Source: Eledone cirrhosa (lineage: Eukaryota). From it: a stretch of 64,000 nt of DNA. Shown here in pieces: positions 15,001-30,000 of the stretch (positions within the stretch are counted from its first letter, which is position 1; every line of letters begins with the position of its first letter). The DNA lies in contig OZ024744.1 of NCBI GenBank assembly GCA_964016885.1, positions 32,240,001 through 32,304,000 on the forward strand, given 5' to 3'. The translations under genes were made by a program, and so were the position numbers. The notes under the pieces are model-generated. The model ran no database searches. It saw nothing but the letters and a program-made list of their open reading frames with translations, and was not told where the DNA came from.

Positions 15001-18000
15001 CCCGAATTGAGAGATCACAACTCCGATACTATGGACATGTGGTTAGAATGTCTCAGGAGATCAGAGAGTCACTCCAGTTTGAGCAGCTACTACTCCGAAT
15101 TGAGAGATCACAGCTCCGATACTATGGACATCTGGTTAGAATGTGTCAGGAGATCAGAGAGTCACTCCAGGTAGAGCTGCTACTTCTCCAATTTGAGAGA
15201 TCACAGATCCAATACTATGGACGTCTGGTTAGAATGGCTAAGGAGATCAGAGAGTCACTTTAGTTAGAGCTGCTACTTCCTCGAATTGAAAGATCACAGA
15301 TCCGTTACTATGGACATGAGGTTAGAATGTCTGAGGAGATCAGAGAGTCACTTCAGGTAGAGCTGCTATTTCTCTGAATTGAGAGATCGCAGATCTGATA
15401 CTATGCACATGTGGTTAGAATGTCTCAGGAGATCAGAGAGTCACTTCAGGTTGAGCTGCTACTTCTCTGAATTGAGAGATCAAAGCAGCTCCGTCACTAT
15501 GGACATCTGGTTAGAATGTCTCAGGAGATCAGAGAGTCACTCAAGGTAGAGCTGCTACTTCTCCAAATTGAGAGATCACATCTCTGTTACTATGGACCAG
15601 GGGTTAGAATGTCTCAGGAGTTCAGAGAGTCACTCCAGGTTGAGCTGCTACTTCTCCAAATTGAGAGATCACAGCTCTGATACTATGACATGTGGTTAGA
15701 ACGTCTCAGGAGATCAGAGAGTCACTCCAGGTTGAGCTGCTACTTACCCGAATTGAGAGATCATAACTCCGATACTATGGACATCTGGTTAGAATGTCTC
15801 AGGAGATCAGAGAGTCACTACAAGTAGAGCTGCTACTTCCCCCAATAGTGAGATCACAGATCCGTTAATATGGACATCTGGTTATAATGTCTAATGGGAT
15901 CAGAGAGTCAATCAAGGTTGAGCTGCTACTACTCCGAATTGAGAGATCACAGCTGTGATACTATGGACATGTGGTTAGAATGTCTCAGGAGATCAGGGAG
16001 TCACTTCAGGTAGAGCTGCTACTACTCCGAATTGAGAGATCACAGATCTATTACTATGGACATGAGGTTAGAATGTCTCAGGAGATTAGAGAGTCACTAC
16101 AGGTAGAGCTGCTACTTCCCCAAATTGAGAGATCACAGATCCGATACTATTGACATGTGGTTAGAATGTCTCAGGAGATCGGAGCGTCACTCCAGGTAGA
16201 GCTGCTACTTCTACGAATTGAGAGATCACAGATCCGATACTATGGACATGTGGTTAGAATGTCTCAGGAGATCAGAGAGTCACTCCAGTTAGAGCTTCTA
16301 CTTCCCCGAATTGAGAGATCACAGATCCTTTACTATGGACATGTGGTTAGAATGTCTCAGGAGATCTGAGAGTCACACCAGGTAGAGCTGCAACTTCCCC
16401 GAATTGAGAGATCACAGCTCTGATACTATGGACATGCAGTGAGAATGTCTCTGGGGATCAGAGAATCACTCCAGGTTCAGCTGCTACTTCTCCGAATGGA
16501 GAGATCACAGCTCTGATACTATGGAAATGGGATTAGAATGTCTCAGGAGATCAGAGAGTCACTCCAGGTTTAAACTGCAACTATTCCGAATTAAGAGATC
16601 ACAGCTCTGATAATATAGACATGGGGTTAGAATACCTCAGGAGATCAGAGAGTCACTTCAAGTAGAGATGCTACTTCTCTGAATTCAGAGATCACAGCTC
16701 CGATACTTTGGACATATGGTTAGAATATCTCAGGAGATCAGAGAGTCACTCTAGGTTGAGCAGCTACTACTCCGAATTGAGAGATCACAGCTCTGATACT
16801 ATGGACATGTGGTTAGAATGTCTCAGGAGTTCAGAGAGTCACTTCAGGTTGAGCTGCTACTTCTCCGAATTGAGAGATCACAGCTCTGATACTATGGACA
16901 GGTGGTTAGAATGTCTCAGGAGATCAGAGAGTCACTCCAGGTTGAGCTGCTACTTCCCCGTATTGAGAGATCACAACTCCGATACTATGGACATGTGGTT
17001 AGAATGGCTAAGGAGATCAGAGTGTCACTTTATGTAGAGCTGCTACTTCCTCGAATTGAAAGATCACAGATCCGTTACTATGGACATGAGGTTAGAATGT
17101 CTGAGGAGATCAGAGAGTCACTTCTGTTAGAGCTGCTACTTCTCTGAATTGAGAGATCACAGATCCGATACTATGGACATCTGGTTAGAATGTCTCAGGA
17201 GATCAGAGAGTCACTCCAGGTAGAGCTGCTACTTCCCCCACTAGTGAGATCACAGATCCGTTACTATGGACATCTGGTTATAATGTGTCAGGAGATCAGA
17301 GAGTCACTCCAGGTTGAGCTGCTACTTCTCCGAATTAAGAGATCACAGCTCTGATACTATGGACATGTGGTTAGAATGTCTCAGGAGATCAGGGAGTCAT
17401 TCCAGGTAGAGCTTCTACTTCCCCGAAATGAGAGATCACAGATCCGTTACTATGGGCATGTGGTTAGAATATCTCAGGAGATCAGAGAGTGACTCCAGGT
17501 AGAGTTGCTACTACCCCGAATTGAGAGATCACAGATCCTTTACTATGGAAATGTGGTTAGAATGTCTCAGGAGATCTGAGAGTCACACCAGGTAGAGCTG
17601 CAACTTCTCCGAATTGAGAGATCACAGCTCTGATACTATGGACATGCGGTGAGAATGTCTCAGGTGATCAGAGAGTCACTCCAGGTAGAGCTGCTACTTC
17701 CCCCACTAGTGAGATCACAGATCCGTTACTATGGACATCTGGTTATAATGTCTCAGGAGATCAGAGAGTCACTCCAGGTTGAGCTGCTACTTCTCCGAAT
17801 TAAGAGATCACAGCTCTGATACTATGGACATGTGGTTAGAATGTCTCAGGAGATCAGGGAGTCATTCCAGGTAGAGCTGCTACTTCCCCGAAATGAGAGA
17901 TCACAGATCCGTTACTATGGGCATGTGGTTAGAATATCTCAGGAGATCAGAGAGTGACTCCAGGTAGAGTTGCTACTACCCCGAATTGAGAGATCACAGA

Positions 18001-21000
18001 TCCTTTACTATGGAAATGTGGTTAGAATGTCTCAGGAGATCTGAGAGTCACACCAGGTAGAGCTGCAACTTCTCCGAATTGAGAGATCACAGCTCTGATA
18101 CTATGGACATGCGGTGAGAATGTCTCAGGTGATCAGAGAGTCACTCCAGGTTCAGCTGCTACTTTTCCGATTTGAGAGATCACAGCTCAGATACTATGGA
18201 CATCTGGTTACAATGTCTCAGGAGATCAGAGAGTCACTCCATGTAGGGGTGCTACTTCCCCGAATAGAGAGATCACCGATCCGTTACTATGGACATCTGG
18301 TTAGAATGGCTAAGGAGATCAGCGAGTCACTCCAGGTAGAGCTGCTACTTCTCTGAATTGAGAGATCACATCTCTGATACTATTGACATGTGGTTAGAAT
18401 GTCTAAGGAGATCAGAGAGTCACTCCAGGTAGAGCTGCTACTTCTCCCATTTGAGAGATTACAGACCCGATACTATGGACATCTGGTTAGAATATCTCAG
18501 GAGGTCAGAGAGTCACTTCAGGTAGAGCTGCTACTTCCCCGAGTTGAGAGATCACAGATTCGTTACTATGGGTATGTGGTTAGAATGTCTTAGGAGATCA
18601 GAGATTCACTCCAGGTAGAGCTGCTACTTCTCTGAATTGAGAGATCACAGCTCCGATACTATGAACATATGGTTAGAATGTCTCAGGAGATCAGAGAGTC
18701 ACTCCAGTTAGAGCTGCTAATTCCCCGAATTGAGAGATCACAACTCCGATACTATGGACATCAGGTTAGAATGTCTCAGGGGATCAGAGAGTCACTCCAG
18801 GTGGAGCTGCTACTACTCCGATTTGAGAGATCACAGCTCTGATACTATGGACATGGGGTTAGAATGTCTCAGGAGTACAGAGAGTCACTCCAGGTTGAGC
18901 TGCTACTTCCCCGAATTGAGAGATCACAACTCCGATACTATGGACATGTGGTTAGAATGGCTAAGGAGATCAGAGAGTCACTTTAGGTAGAGCTGCTACT
19001 TCCTCGAATTGAAAGATCACAGATCCGTTACTATGGACATGAGGTTAGAATGTCTGAGGAGATCAGAGAGTCACTTCAGGTAGAGCTGCTACTTCTCTGA
19101 ATTGAGAGATCGCAGATCTGATACTATGCACATGTGGTTAGAATGTCTCAGGAGATTAGGGAGTCAATCCAGGTAGAGCTGCTACTTCCCAGAATTGAGA
19201 GATCACAGATTCGTTACTATGGGTATGTGGTTAGAATGTCTCAGGAGATTAGGGAGTCAATCCAGGTAGAGCTGCTACTTCCCCAAATTGAGAGATCACA
19301 GATCCGATACTATGGACATGTGGTCAGAATGTGTCATGAGATCAGAGAGTTACTCCAGGTAGAGCTGCTACTTCTCCGAATTGAGAGATCACAGATCCGT
19401 TACTATGGACATGTGGTTAGAATATCTCAGGAGATCAGAGAGTTACTCCAGGTAGAGTTGCTACTTCCCCGAATTGAGAGATCACAGATTCGTTACTATG
19501 GGTATGTGGTTAGAATGTCTCAGGAGATCAGAGAGTCACTTCAGGTAGAGCTGCTACTTCTCCGAATTGACAGATCACAGCTATGATACTATGGACATGT
19601 GGTTAGAATATCTCAGGAGATCAGAGAGTGACTCCAGGTAGAGTTGCTACTTCCCCGAATTGAGAGATCACAGATCCTTTACTATGGAAATGTGGTTAGA
19701 ATGTCTCAGGAGATCTGAGAGTTACACCAGGTAGAGCTGCAACTTCTACGAATTGGGAGATCACAGCTCTGATACTATGGACATGCGGTGAGAATGTCTC
19801 AGATGATCAGGGCGTCACTTCAGGTAGAGCTGCTACTTCTCTGAATTGAAAGATCACAGATCCGATACTATGGACATGTGGTTAGAATGTCTCAGGAGAT
19901 CACAGAGTCATTCCAGTTTGAGCTGCTACTCCTCCGAATTGAGAGATCACAGCTCTGATACTATGCACATGTGGTTAGAATGTCTCAGGAGATCAGAGAG
20001 TCACTCCAGGTAGAGCTGCTACTAATCTGAATTGAGAGATCACGGATCCGATACAATGGACATGTTGTTAGAATGTCTCAGGAGATCAGAGAGTCACTCC
20101 AAGGAGAGCTGCTACTTCTCCGAATTGAGAGATCAGAGCTCTGATACTATGGACATGTGGTTAGAATGTCTCAGGAGATCAGAGTCACTCCAGTTAGAGC
20201 TGCTACTTCCCCGAATTGAGAGATCACAGCTCTGATACTATGCATATGTGTTTACAATGTCTCAGGAGATAAGAGAGTAACTCCAGGTTGAGCTGCTACT
20301 TCTGTGAATTGCGAGAGCGCAGGAGATCAGAGATTCACTCCTGGTAGAGATACTACTTCCTAGAATTGAGAGATCACAGATCCGATACTATGGACATCTG
20401 GTTAGAAAGTCTCAGGAGATCAGAGAGTCACTCCAGGTAGAGCTGCTACTTCTCCGAATTGAGCGAACACCGATCCGTTACAATGGACATGTTGTTAGAA
20501 TGTCTCAGGAGATCAGAGAGTCACTTCAGGTAGTGCTGCTACTTGTCTGAATTGAGAGATCACAGTTCTGATACTATGGACATGTGGTTTGAATGTCTCA
20601 GGAGATCAGAGAATCACTGCAGGTTGAGCTGCTACTTCCCGGAATTGAGCGATCGCAGATCCGTTACTATGGACATGTGGTTAGAATGCCTCAGGAGATC
20701 AGAGAGTCACTCCAGGTTGAGCTGCTACTTCTCTGAATTGAGAGATCACAGCTCTGATACTATGGAGATGTGGTTAGAATGTCTCAGGAGATCAGAATGT
20801 CAATTCAGGTAGGGATGCCAATTTTCTGAATTGAGAAATCCCAGTTCCGATACAATGGACATGGGGTTAGAATGTCGCAGTATATCAGAGACTCACTCCA
20901 GGTAGAGCTGCCACTTCTCCCATTTGAGGGATCACAGCTCTGATACTATGGACATGTGGTTAGAATATCTCAGGAGATCAGAGAGTCACTTCAGGTAGAG

Positions 21001-24000
21001 CTGCTACTTCTCTGAATTTAGAGATCACAGCTCTGATACTATGGACATGTGGTTAGAATGTCTCAGGAGATCAGAGTGTCACTTCAGGTAGAGCTGCTAC
21101 TTCTCTGAATTGAGAGATCACAGCTCTGATACTATGGACATGTGGTTAGAATATCTCAGGAGATCAGAGAGTCACGCGAGGTAGAGCTGCTACTTCTCCC
21201 ATTTGAGAGATCACAGACCCGATACTATGGACATGTGGTTAGAATGTCTCAGGAGATCAGAGAGTCACTCCAGGTAGAGCTGCTACTAATCCGATTTGAG
21301 ATGTGACAGATCCGATACTATGGACATCTGGTTAGAATGTCTCAGGAGGTCAGAGTGTCACTCCTGGTAGAGATACTACTGCCTCGAATTGAGAGATGAC
21401 AGATCCGATACTATGGACATGCGGTTAGAATGTCTCAGGAGATCAGAGATTCACTCCAAGGAGAGCTGCTGCTTCTCCGAATTGAGAGATCACAGCTATG
21501 ATACTATGGACATGTGGTTAGAATGTCTCAGGAGATCAGAGAATCACTCCAGTTAGAGCTGCTACTTCCCCGAATTGAGTGATCACAGCTCTGATACTAT
21601 GCACATGTGGTTAGAATGTCTCAGGAGATAAGAAAGTCACTCCAGTTTGAGCTGCTACTTCTGCGAATTGCGAGAGCACAGCTCCGATACTATGGACATC
21701 TGGTTAGAATGTCTCAGGAGATCAGAGAATCACTCCTAGTAGAGATACTACTTCCTAGAATTGAGAGATCACAGATCCGATACTATGGACATATGGTTAG
21801 AATGTCTCAGGAGATCAGAGAGTCACTCCAGGTAGAGCTGCTACTTCTCCGAATTGAGGGATCACCGATCCGTTACAATGGACATGTTGTTAGAATGTCT
21901 CAGGAGATCAGAGAGTCACTTCAGGTAGAGCTGCTACTTCTCTGAATTGAGAGATCACAGTTCTGATACTATGGACATGTGGTTTGAATGTCTCAGGAGA
22001 TCAGAGAATCAATGCAGGTTGAGCTGCTACTTCCCGGAATTGAGCGATCACAGATCCGTTATTATGGACATGTGGTTAGAATGCCTCAGGATATCAGAAA
22101 GTCACTTCAGGTAGGGATGCCAATTCACTGAATTGAGTAATCCCAGTTCCGATACAATGGACACGGGGTTAGAATGTCTCAGGATATCAGAGAGTCACTC
22201 CAGGTAGAGCTGCTACTTCTCCCATTTGAGAGATCACAGAACCGATACTATGGACATGTGGTTAGAATGTTTCCGGAGGTCAGAGAGTCACTCCAGGTAG
22301 AGCTGCTACGTCTCTGAATTGAGAGATCACAGATCCGATACTATGGACATGTGGTTAGAATGTCTCAGGAGATCAGAGATTCACTTCAGGTAGAGCTGCT
22401 ACTTCTCAGAATTGAGAGATCACAGCTCTGATACTACGGACATGGAGTTAGAATGTCTCAGGATATCAGAGAGTCACTCTAGGTAGAGCTGCCACTTCTC
22501 CCATTTGAGAGATCACAGACCCGATACTATGGACATCTGGTTAGAATATCTCAGGAGATCAGAGAGTCACTTCAGGTAGAGCTGCTACTTCTCTGAATTG
22601 AGAGTTCACAGCTCTGATACTATGGACATGTGCTTAGAATGTCTCAGGAGATCAGAGCATCACTCCAGGTAGAGCTGCTACTTCTCCCATTTGGGAGATC
22701 ACAGAACCGATACTATGGACATCTGGTTAGAATGTCTCAGGAGATCAGAGAGTCACTCCAGGTTGAGCTGCTATTTCTCCGAATGGAGAGATCACAGCTC
22801 CGATACTATGGACATGTGGTTAGAACGTCTCAGTAGATCAGAGAGTCACATGAGGTAGAGCTGCTACTTCTCCCATTTGAGAGATCACAGAACCGATACT
22901 ATGGACATGTGGTTAGAATGTTTCCGGAGATCAGAGAGTCACTCCAGGTTAAGTTGCTACTTCCCCGAATTGAAAGATCACAGCTCCGATACTATGGACA
23001 TCTGGTTAGAATGTTTCCGGAGCTCAGAGTTTCACTCCAGGTTGAAGTGCTACTTCTGCGAATTGAGAGATCACAGCTGCGATACTATGGACATCTGGTT
23101 AGAATGTCTCAGGAGATCAGAGAGTCCCTCCAGGTAGAGCTGCTTCTTCCCTGAATTGAGCGATCACCGATCCGTTACAATGGACATGTGGTTAGAATGT
23201 CTCAGGAGATACGAGAGTCACTTCAGCTGGAGCTGTTACTTCTCAGAATTGAGAGATCACAGCTCTGATACTATGGACATGTGGTTAGAATGTCTCGGGA
23301 GATCAGAGAGTCACTTCAGGTAGAGCTGCTACTAATCCGATTTGAGAGGTGACAGATCCGATACTATGGACATCTGGTTAGAATGTCTCAGGAGGTCAGA
23401 GCGTCACTCCAAGGAGAGCTGCTACTTCTCCGAAATTGAGAGATCACAGCTCTGATACTATGCACATGTGGTTAGAATGTCTCAGGAGATCAGAGAGTCA
23501 CTCCAGGTAGAGCTGCCCCTTCTCCCATTTGAGAGATTACAGACCCGATACTATGGACATCTGGTTAGAATATCTCAGGAGGTCAGAGCGTCACTCCTGG
23601 TAGAGATACTACTTCCTCGAATTGAGAGATCACAGATCCGATACTATGGACATATGGTTAGAATGTCTCAGGAGATCAGAGAGTCACTCTAGGTAGAGCT
23701 GCTAATTCCCCGAATTGAGAGATCACAGATCCATTACTATGGGCATGCGGTTAGAATGTCTCAGGAGATCAGAGAGTCACTTCAGTTAGAGCTGCTACTT
23801 CCCCGAGTTGAGAGATAACAGCTCTGATACTATGGACATGTGGTTAGAATGTCTCAGGAGATCAGAGAGTCACTCCAGGTAGAGCTGCTAATTCCCCGAA
23901 TTGAGAGATCACAACTCCGATACTATGGACATCTGGTTAGAATGTCTCAGGAGATCAGAGAGTCACTACAAGTAGAGCTGCTACTTCCCCCAATAGTGAG

Positions 24001-27000
24001 ATCACAGATCCGTTACTATGGACATCTGGTTATAATGTCTCAGGGGATCAGAGAGTCAATCCAGGTAGAGCTGCTACTTCTACGAATTGAGAGATCACAG
24101 ATCCGATACTATGGACATCTGGTTAGAATGTCACAGGAGATCAGAGAGTCACTCAAGATAGAGCTGCTACTTCTACGAATTTAAAGATCAGAGATCTGAT
24201 ACTATGGACATGTGGTTAGAATATCTCAGGAGATCAGAGAGTCACTCCATGTAGAGTTGCTACTTCCCCGAATTGAGAGATCACAGATCCTTTACTTTGG
24301 AAATGTGGTTAGAATGTCTCAGGAGATCTGAGAGTCACACCAGGTAGAGCTGCAACTTCTCCGAATTGAGAGATCACAGCTCTGATACTATGGACATGCT
24401 GTGAGAAAGTCTCAGGTGATCAGAGAGTCACTCCAGGTTCAGCTGCTACTTCTCTGAATTGAGAGATCACAGCTCAGATACTATGGACATCTGGTTACAA
24501 TGTCTCAGGAGATCAGGGAGTCACTCCAAGGAGAGCTGCTACTTCCCCAAATAGAGAGATCACAGATCCGTTACTGTGGACATCTGGTTAGAATGTCTCA
24601 GGAGATCAGAGAGTCACTCCAGGTAGAGCTGCTACTTCTCCGCTTTGAGAGATCACAGATCCGATACTATGGACATCTGGTTAGAATGGCTAAGGAGACC
24701 AGCGAGTCACTCCAGGTAGAGCTGCTCCTTCTCTGAATTGAGAGATCACAGATCCGATACTATGGACATGTGGTTAGAATGTCTCAGGAGATCAGAGAGT
24801 CACTTCAGGTAGAGCTGCTACTTCTCAGAATTGAGAGATCACAGCTCTGATACTATGGACATGTGGTTAGAATGTCTCAGGAGATCAGAGAATCACTCCA
24901 GGTAGAGCTGCTACATCTCCGAATTGAGAGATCACAGCTCTGATACTATGGACATGTGGTTAGAATGTCACAAGAGATCAGAGAGTCACTCCAGGTAGAG
25001 CTGCTAATTCCCCGAATTGAGAGATCACAGATCCGATACTATGCACATGTGGTTAGAATGTCTCAGGAGGTCAGAGCGTCACTCCAAGGAGAGCTGCTAC
25101 TTCTCCGAAATTGAGAGATCACAGCTCTGATACTATGCACATGTGGTTAGAATGTCTCAGGAGATCAGAGAGTCACTCCAGGTAGAGCTGCCCCTTCTCC
25201 CATTTGAGAGATTACAGACCCGATACTATGGACATCTGGTTAGAATATCTCAGGAGGTCAGAGCGTCACTCCTGGTAGAGATACTACTTCCTCGAATTGA
25301 GAGATCACAGATCCGATACTATGGACATATGGTTAGAATGTCTCAGGAGATCAGAGAGTCACTCTAGGTAGAGCTGCTAATTCCCCGAATTGAGAGATCA
25401 CAGATCCATTACTATGGGCATGCGGTTAGAATGTCTCAGGAGATCAGAGAGTCACTTCAGGTAGAGCTGCTACTTCTCAGAATTGAGAGATCACAGCTCT
25501 GATACTATGGACATGTGGTTAGAATGTCTCAGGAGATCAGAGAGTCACTCTAGGTAGAGCTGCTAATTCCCCGAATTGAGAGATCACAGATCCGATACTA
25601 TGGACATGGGGTTAGAATGTCTCTGGAGATCAGAGAGTCATTCCAGGTTGAGCTGATACTTACCCGAATTGAGAGATCACAGATCCGATACTATGGACTT
25701 GTGGTTAGAATGTCTCAGGAGATCACAGAGTCATTCCAGTTTGAGCTGCTACTTCTCTGAATTGAGAGATCACAGCTTTGATACTATGCACATGTGTTTA
25801 GAATGTCTCAGGAGATCAGAGAGTCACGCGAGGTAGAGCTGCTACTTCTCCCATTTGAGAGATCACAGACCCGATACTATGGACATCTGGTTAGAATATC
25901 TCAGGTGATCAGAGAGTCACTCCAGGTAGAGCTTCCACTTCTCCCATTTGAGAGATCACAGACCCGATACTATGGACATCTGGTTAGAATATCTCAGGAG
26001 ATCAGAGAGTCACTTCAGGTAGAGCTGCTACTCCCCCGAATTGAGAGATCACAGATCTGTTACTATGGGCATGCGGTTAGAATGTCTCAGGAGATCAAAG
26101 AGTCACTTCAGGTAGATCTTTACTTCTCTGAATTGAGAGATCACAGCTCCGATACTATGGACATCTGGTTAGAATGTCTCAGGAGGTCAGAGTGTCACTC
26201 CTGGTAGAGATACTACTTCCTCGAATTGAGAGATCACAGATCCGATACTATGGACATGCGGTTAGAATGTCTCAGGAGATCAGAGAGTCACTCCATGTTG
26301 AGCTGCTACTTCTCCGAATTGAGAGATCACAGCTCCGATACTATGGACATCTGGTTAGAATGTGTCAGGAGATCAGAGAGTCACTAAAGGTAGAGCTGCT
26401 ACTTCTCCCATTTGAGAGATCACAGACCTGATACTATGGACATCTGGTTAGAATATCTCAGGAGATCAGAGAATCACTTCAGGTAGAGCTGCTACTCCCC
26501 CGAATTGAGAGATCACAGATCTGTTACTATGGGCATGCGGTTAGAATGTCTCAGGAGATCAAAGAGTCACTTCAGGTAGATCTTTACTTCTCTGAATTGA
26601 GAGATCACAGCTCCGATACTATGGACATCTGGTTAGAATGTCTCAGGAGGTCAGAGTGTCACTCCTGGTAGAGATACTACTTCCTTGAATTGAGAGATCA
26701 CAGATCCGATACTATGGACATGCGGTTAGAATGTCTCAGGAGATCAGAGAGTCACTCCAAGGAGAGCTGCTACTTCTCCGAATTGAGAGTTCACAGCTCT
26801 GATACTATGGACATGTGGTTAGAATGACTCAGGAGATCAGAAAGTCACTCCAGTTAGAGCTGCTACTTCCCCGAATTGAGAGATCACAGCTCTGATACTA
26901 TGCACATGTGGTTAGAATGTCTCAGCAGATATGATAGTCACTCCAGGTTGAGCTGCGACTTCTGCGAATTGCGAGAGCACAGCTCCGATACTATGGACAT

Positions 27001-30000
27001 CTGGTTAGAATGTCTCAGGAGATCAGAGATTTACTCCTGGTAGAGATACTACTTCCTAGAATTGAGAGATCACAGATCCGATACTATGGACATCTGGTTA
27101 GAATGTCTCAGGAGATCAGAGAGTCACTCCAGGTAGAGCTGCTACTTCTCCGAATTGAGCGATCACCGATCCGTTACAATGGACATGTTGTTAGAATGTC
27201 TCAGGAGATCAGAGAGTCACTTCAGGTAGAGCTGCTACTTCTCTGAATTGAGAGATCACAGTTCTGATACTATGGACATGTGGTTTGAATGTCTCAGGAG
27301 ATCAGAGAGTCAATGCAGGTTGAGCTGCTACTTCCCGGAATTGAGCGATCACAGATCCGTTACTATGGACATGTGGTTAGAATGCCTCAGGAGATCAGAG
27401 AGTCACTCCAGGTTGAGCTGCTACTTCTCTGAATTGAGAGATCACAGCTCTGATACTATGGAGATGTGGTTAGAATGTCTCAGGAGATCAGAAAGTCACT
27501 TCAGGTAGGGATGCCAATTCTCTGAATTGAGAAATCCCAGTTCCGATACTATGGACATGAGGTTAGAATGTCTCAGGATATCAGAGAGTCACTCCAGGTA
27601 GAGCTGCTACTTCTCCCATTTGAGAGATCACAGATCCGATACTATGGACATGTGGTTAGAATGCCTCAGGAGATCAGAGAGTGACTCCAGGTAGAGCTGC
27701 CACTTCTCCCATTTGAGAGATCACAGACCCGATACTATGGACATCTGGTTAGAATATCTCAGGAGATCAGAGAGTCACTTCAGGTAGAGCTGCTACTTCT
27801 CTGAATTGAGAGATCACAGCTCTGATACTATGGACATGTGGTTAGAATGTCTCAGGAGATCAGAGCATCACTCCAGGTAGAGCTGCTACTTCTCCCATTT
27901 GGGAGATCACAGACCCGATACTATGGACATCTGGTTAGAATGTCTCAGGAGATCAGAGAGTCACTCCATGTAGAGCTGCTACTTCCCCGAATTGAGAGAT
28001 CACAGATCCGATACTATGGTCATGTGGTTAGAATGTCTCAGGAGATCAGAGAGTCACCCCAGGTAGAGCTGCTACTTCCCCGAATTGAGCGATCACCGAT
28101 CCGTTACTATGGACATGTGGTTAGAATGTCTCAGGAGATCAGAGAGTCACTCCAGGTACAGCTGCCACTTCTCCCATTTGAGAGATTACAGACTCGATAC
28201 TATGGACATCTGGTTAGAATATCTCAGGAGATCAGAGAGTCACTTCAGGTAGAGCTGCTACTTCTCTGAATTGAGAGATCACAGACCCGATACTATGGAC
28301 ATCTGGTTAGAATGTCTCACAAGATCAGAGAGTCACTCCAGGTAGAGCTGCTACTTCCCAGAATTGAGAGATCGCAGATCCGTTACTATGGGCATGTGGT
28401 TAGAATGTCTCAGGAGATCAGAGCGTCACTCCAGGTAGAGCTGCTACTTCCCCGAATTGAGAGATCACAGCTCTGATACTATGGACATGTGGTTAGAATG
28501 TCTGAGGATATCAGAGAGTCACTCCAGGTAGAGCTGCTACTTTTCCCGAACTGAGCGATCACCAATCCGTTACAATGGACATGTTGTTAGAACGTCTCAG
28601 GAGATCAGAGAGTCACTTCAGGTAGAGCTGCTACTTCTCTGAATTGAGAGATCACAGTTATGATACTATGGACATGTAGTTTGAATGTCTCAGGAGATCA
28701 GAGAGTCACTGCAGGTTGAGCTGCTACTTCCCCGAATTGAGAGATCACAGCTCTGATACTATGGACATGTGGCTAGAATGTCTCAGGAGATCAGAGAGTC
28801 ACTCCAGGTTGAGCTGCTATTTCTCCGAAGTGAGAGATCACAGATCCGATACTATGGGCATGTAGTTAGAATGTCTCGGGAGATCAAATATTCATTCCAG
28901 GTTAAGCTGCTACTTCCCCGAATTGAAAGATCACAGCTCCGATACCATGGACATCTGGTTAGAATGTTTCAGGAGGTCAGAGAGTCACTCCAGGTTGAAG
29001 TGCTACTTCTGCGAATTGAGATATCACAGCTGCGATACTATGGACATATGGTTAGAATGTCTCAGGAGTTCAGAGAGTCACTCCAGGTAGAGCTGCTACT
29101 TCCCCGAATTGAGCGATCACCGATCCGTTACTATGGACATGTGGGTAGAATGTCTCTGGAGATTAGAGAGTCACTTCAGGTAGAGTTTCAACTTCTACGA
29201 ATTGAGAGATCACAGCTCTGATACTATGGACATCGGGTTAGAATGTCACAGGAGATCAGAGAGTCACTCTGGGTAGAGCTGCTAATTCCCCGAATTGAGA
29301 GATCACAGATCCGATACTATGGACATGGGGTTAGAATGTCTCTTGAGATCAGAGAGTCACTCTAGGTAGAGCTGCGACTTCTCCGAATTGAGAGATCACA
29401 GCTCTGATACTATGGACATCGGGTTAGAATGTCACAGGAGATCAGAGAGTCACTCTAGGTAGAGCTGCTAATTCCCCGAATTGAGAGATCACAGATCCGA
29501 TACTATGGACATGGGGTTAGAATGTCTCTGGAGATTAGAGAGTCACTTCAGGTAGAACTGCTACTTCTCCGAATTGAGAGATCATAGCTATGATACAATG
29601 TACATCGGGTTAGAATGTCTCAGAAGATCAGAGAGTCACTCCAGGTTGAGCTGCTACATCTCCAAATTGATAGATCACAACTCCGATACTATGGACATCT
29701 GGTTAGAATGTCTGAGGAGATCAGAGAGTCACTCCAGGTAGAGCTGATACTAATCCGATTTGAGAGGTGACAGATCCGATACTATGGACATCTGGTTAGA
29801 ATGTTTCAGGAGGTCAGAGAGCCACTCCAGTTTGAAGTGCTACTTCTGCGAATTGAGAGATCACAGCTGCGATACTATGGACATCTGGTTAGAATGTCTC
29901 AGGAGATCAGAGAATCACTCCAGGTAGAGCTGCTACTTCCCCTAATTGAGCGATCACCGATCCGTTACTATGGACATGTGGTTAGAATGTCTCAGGAGAT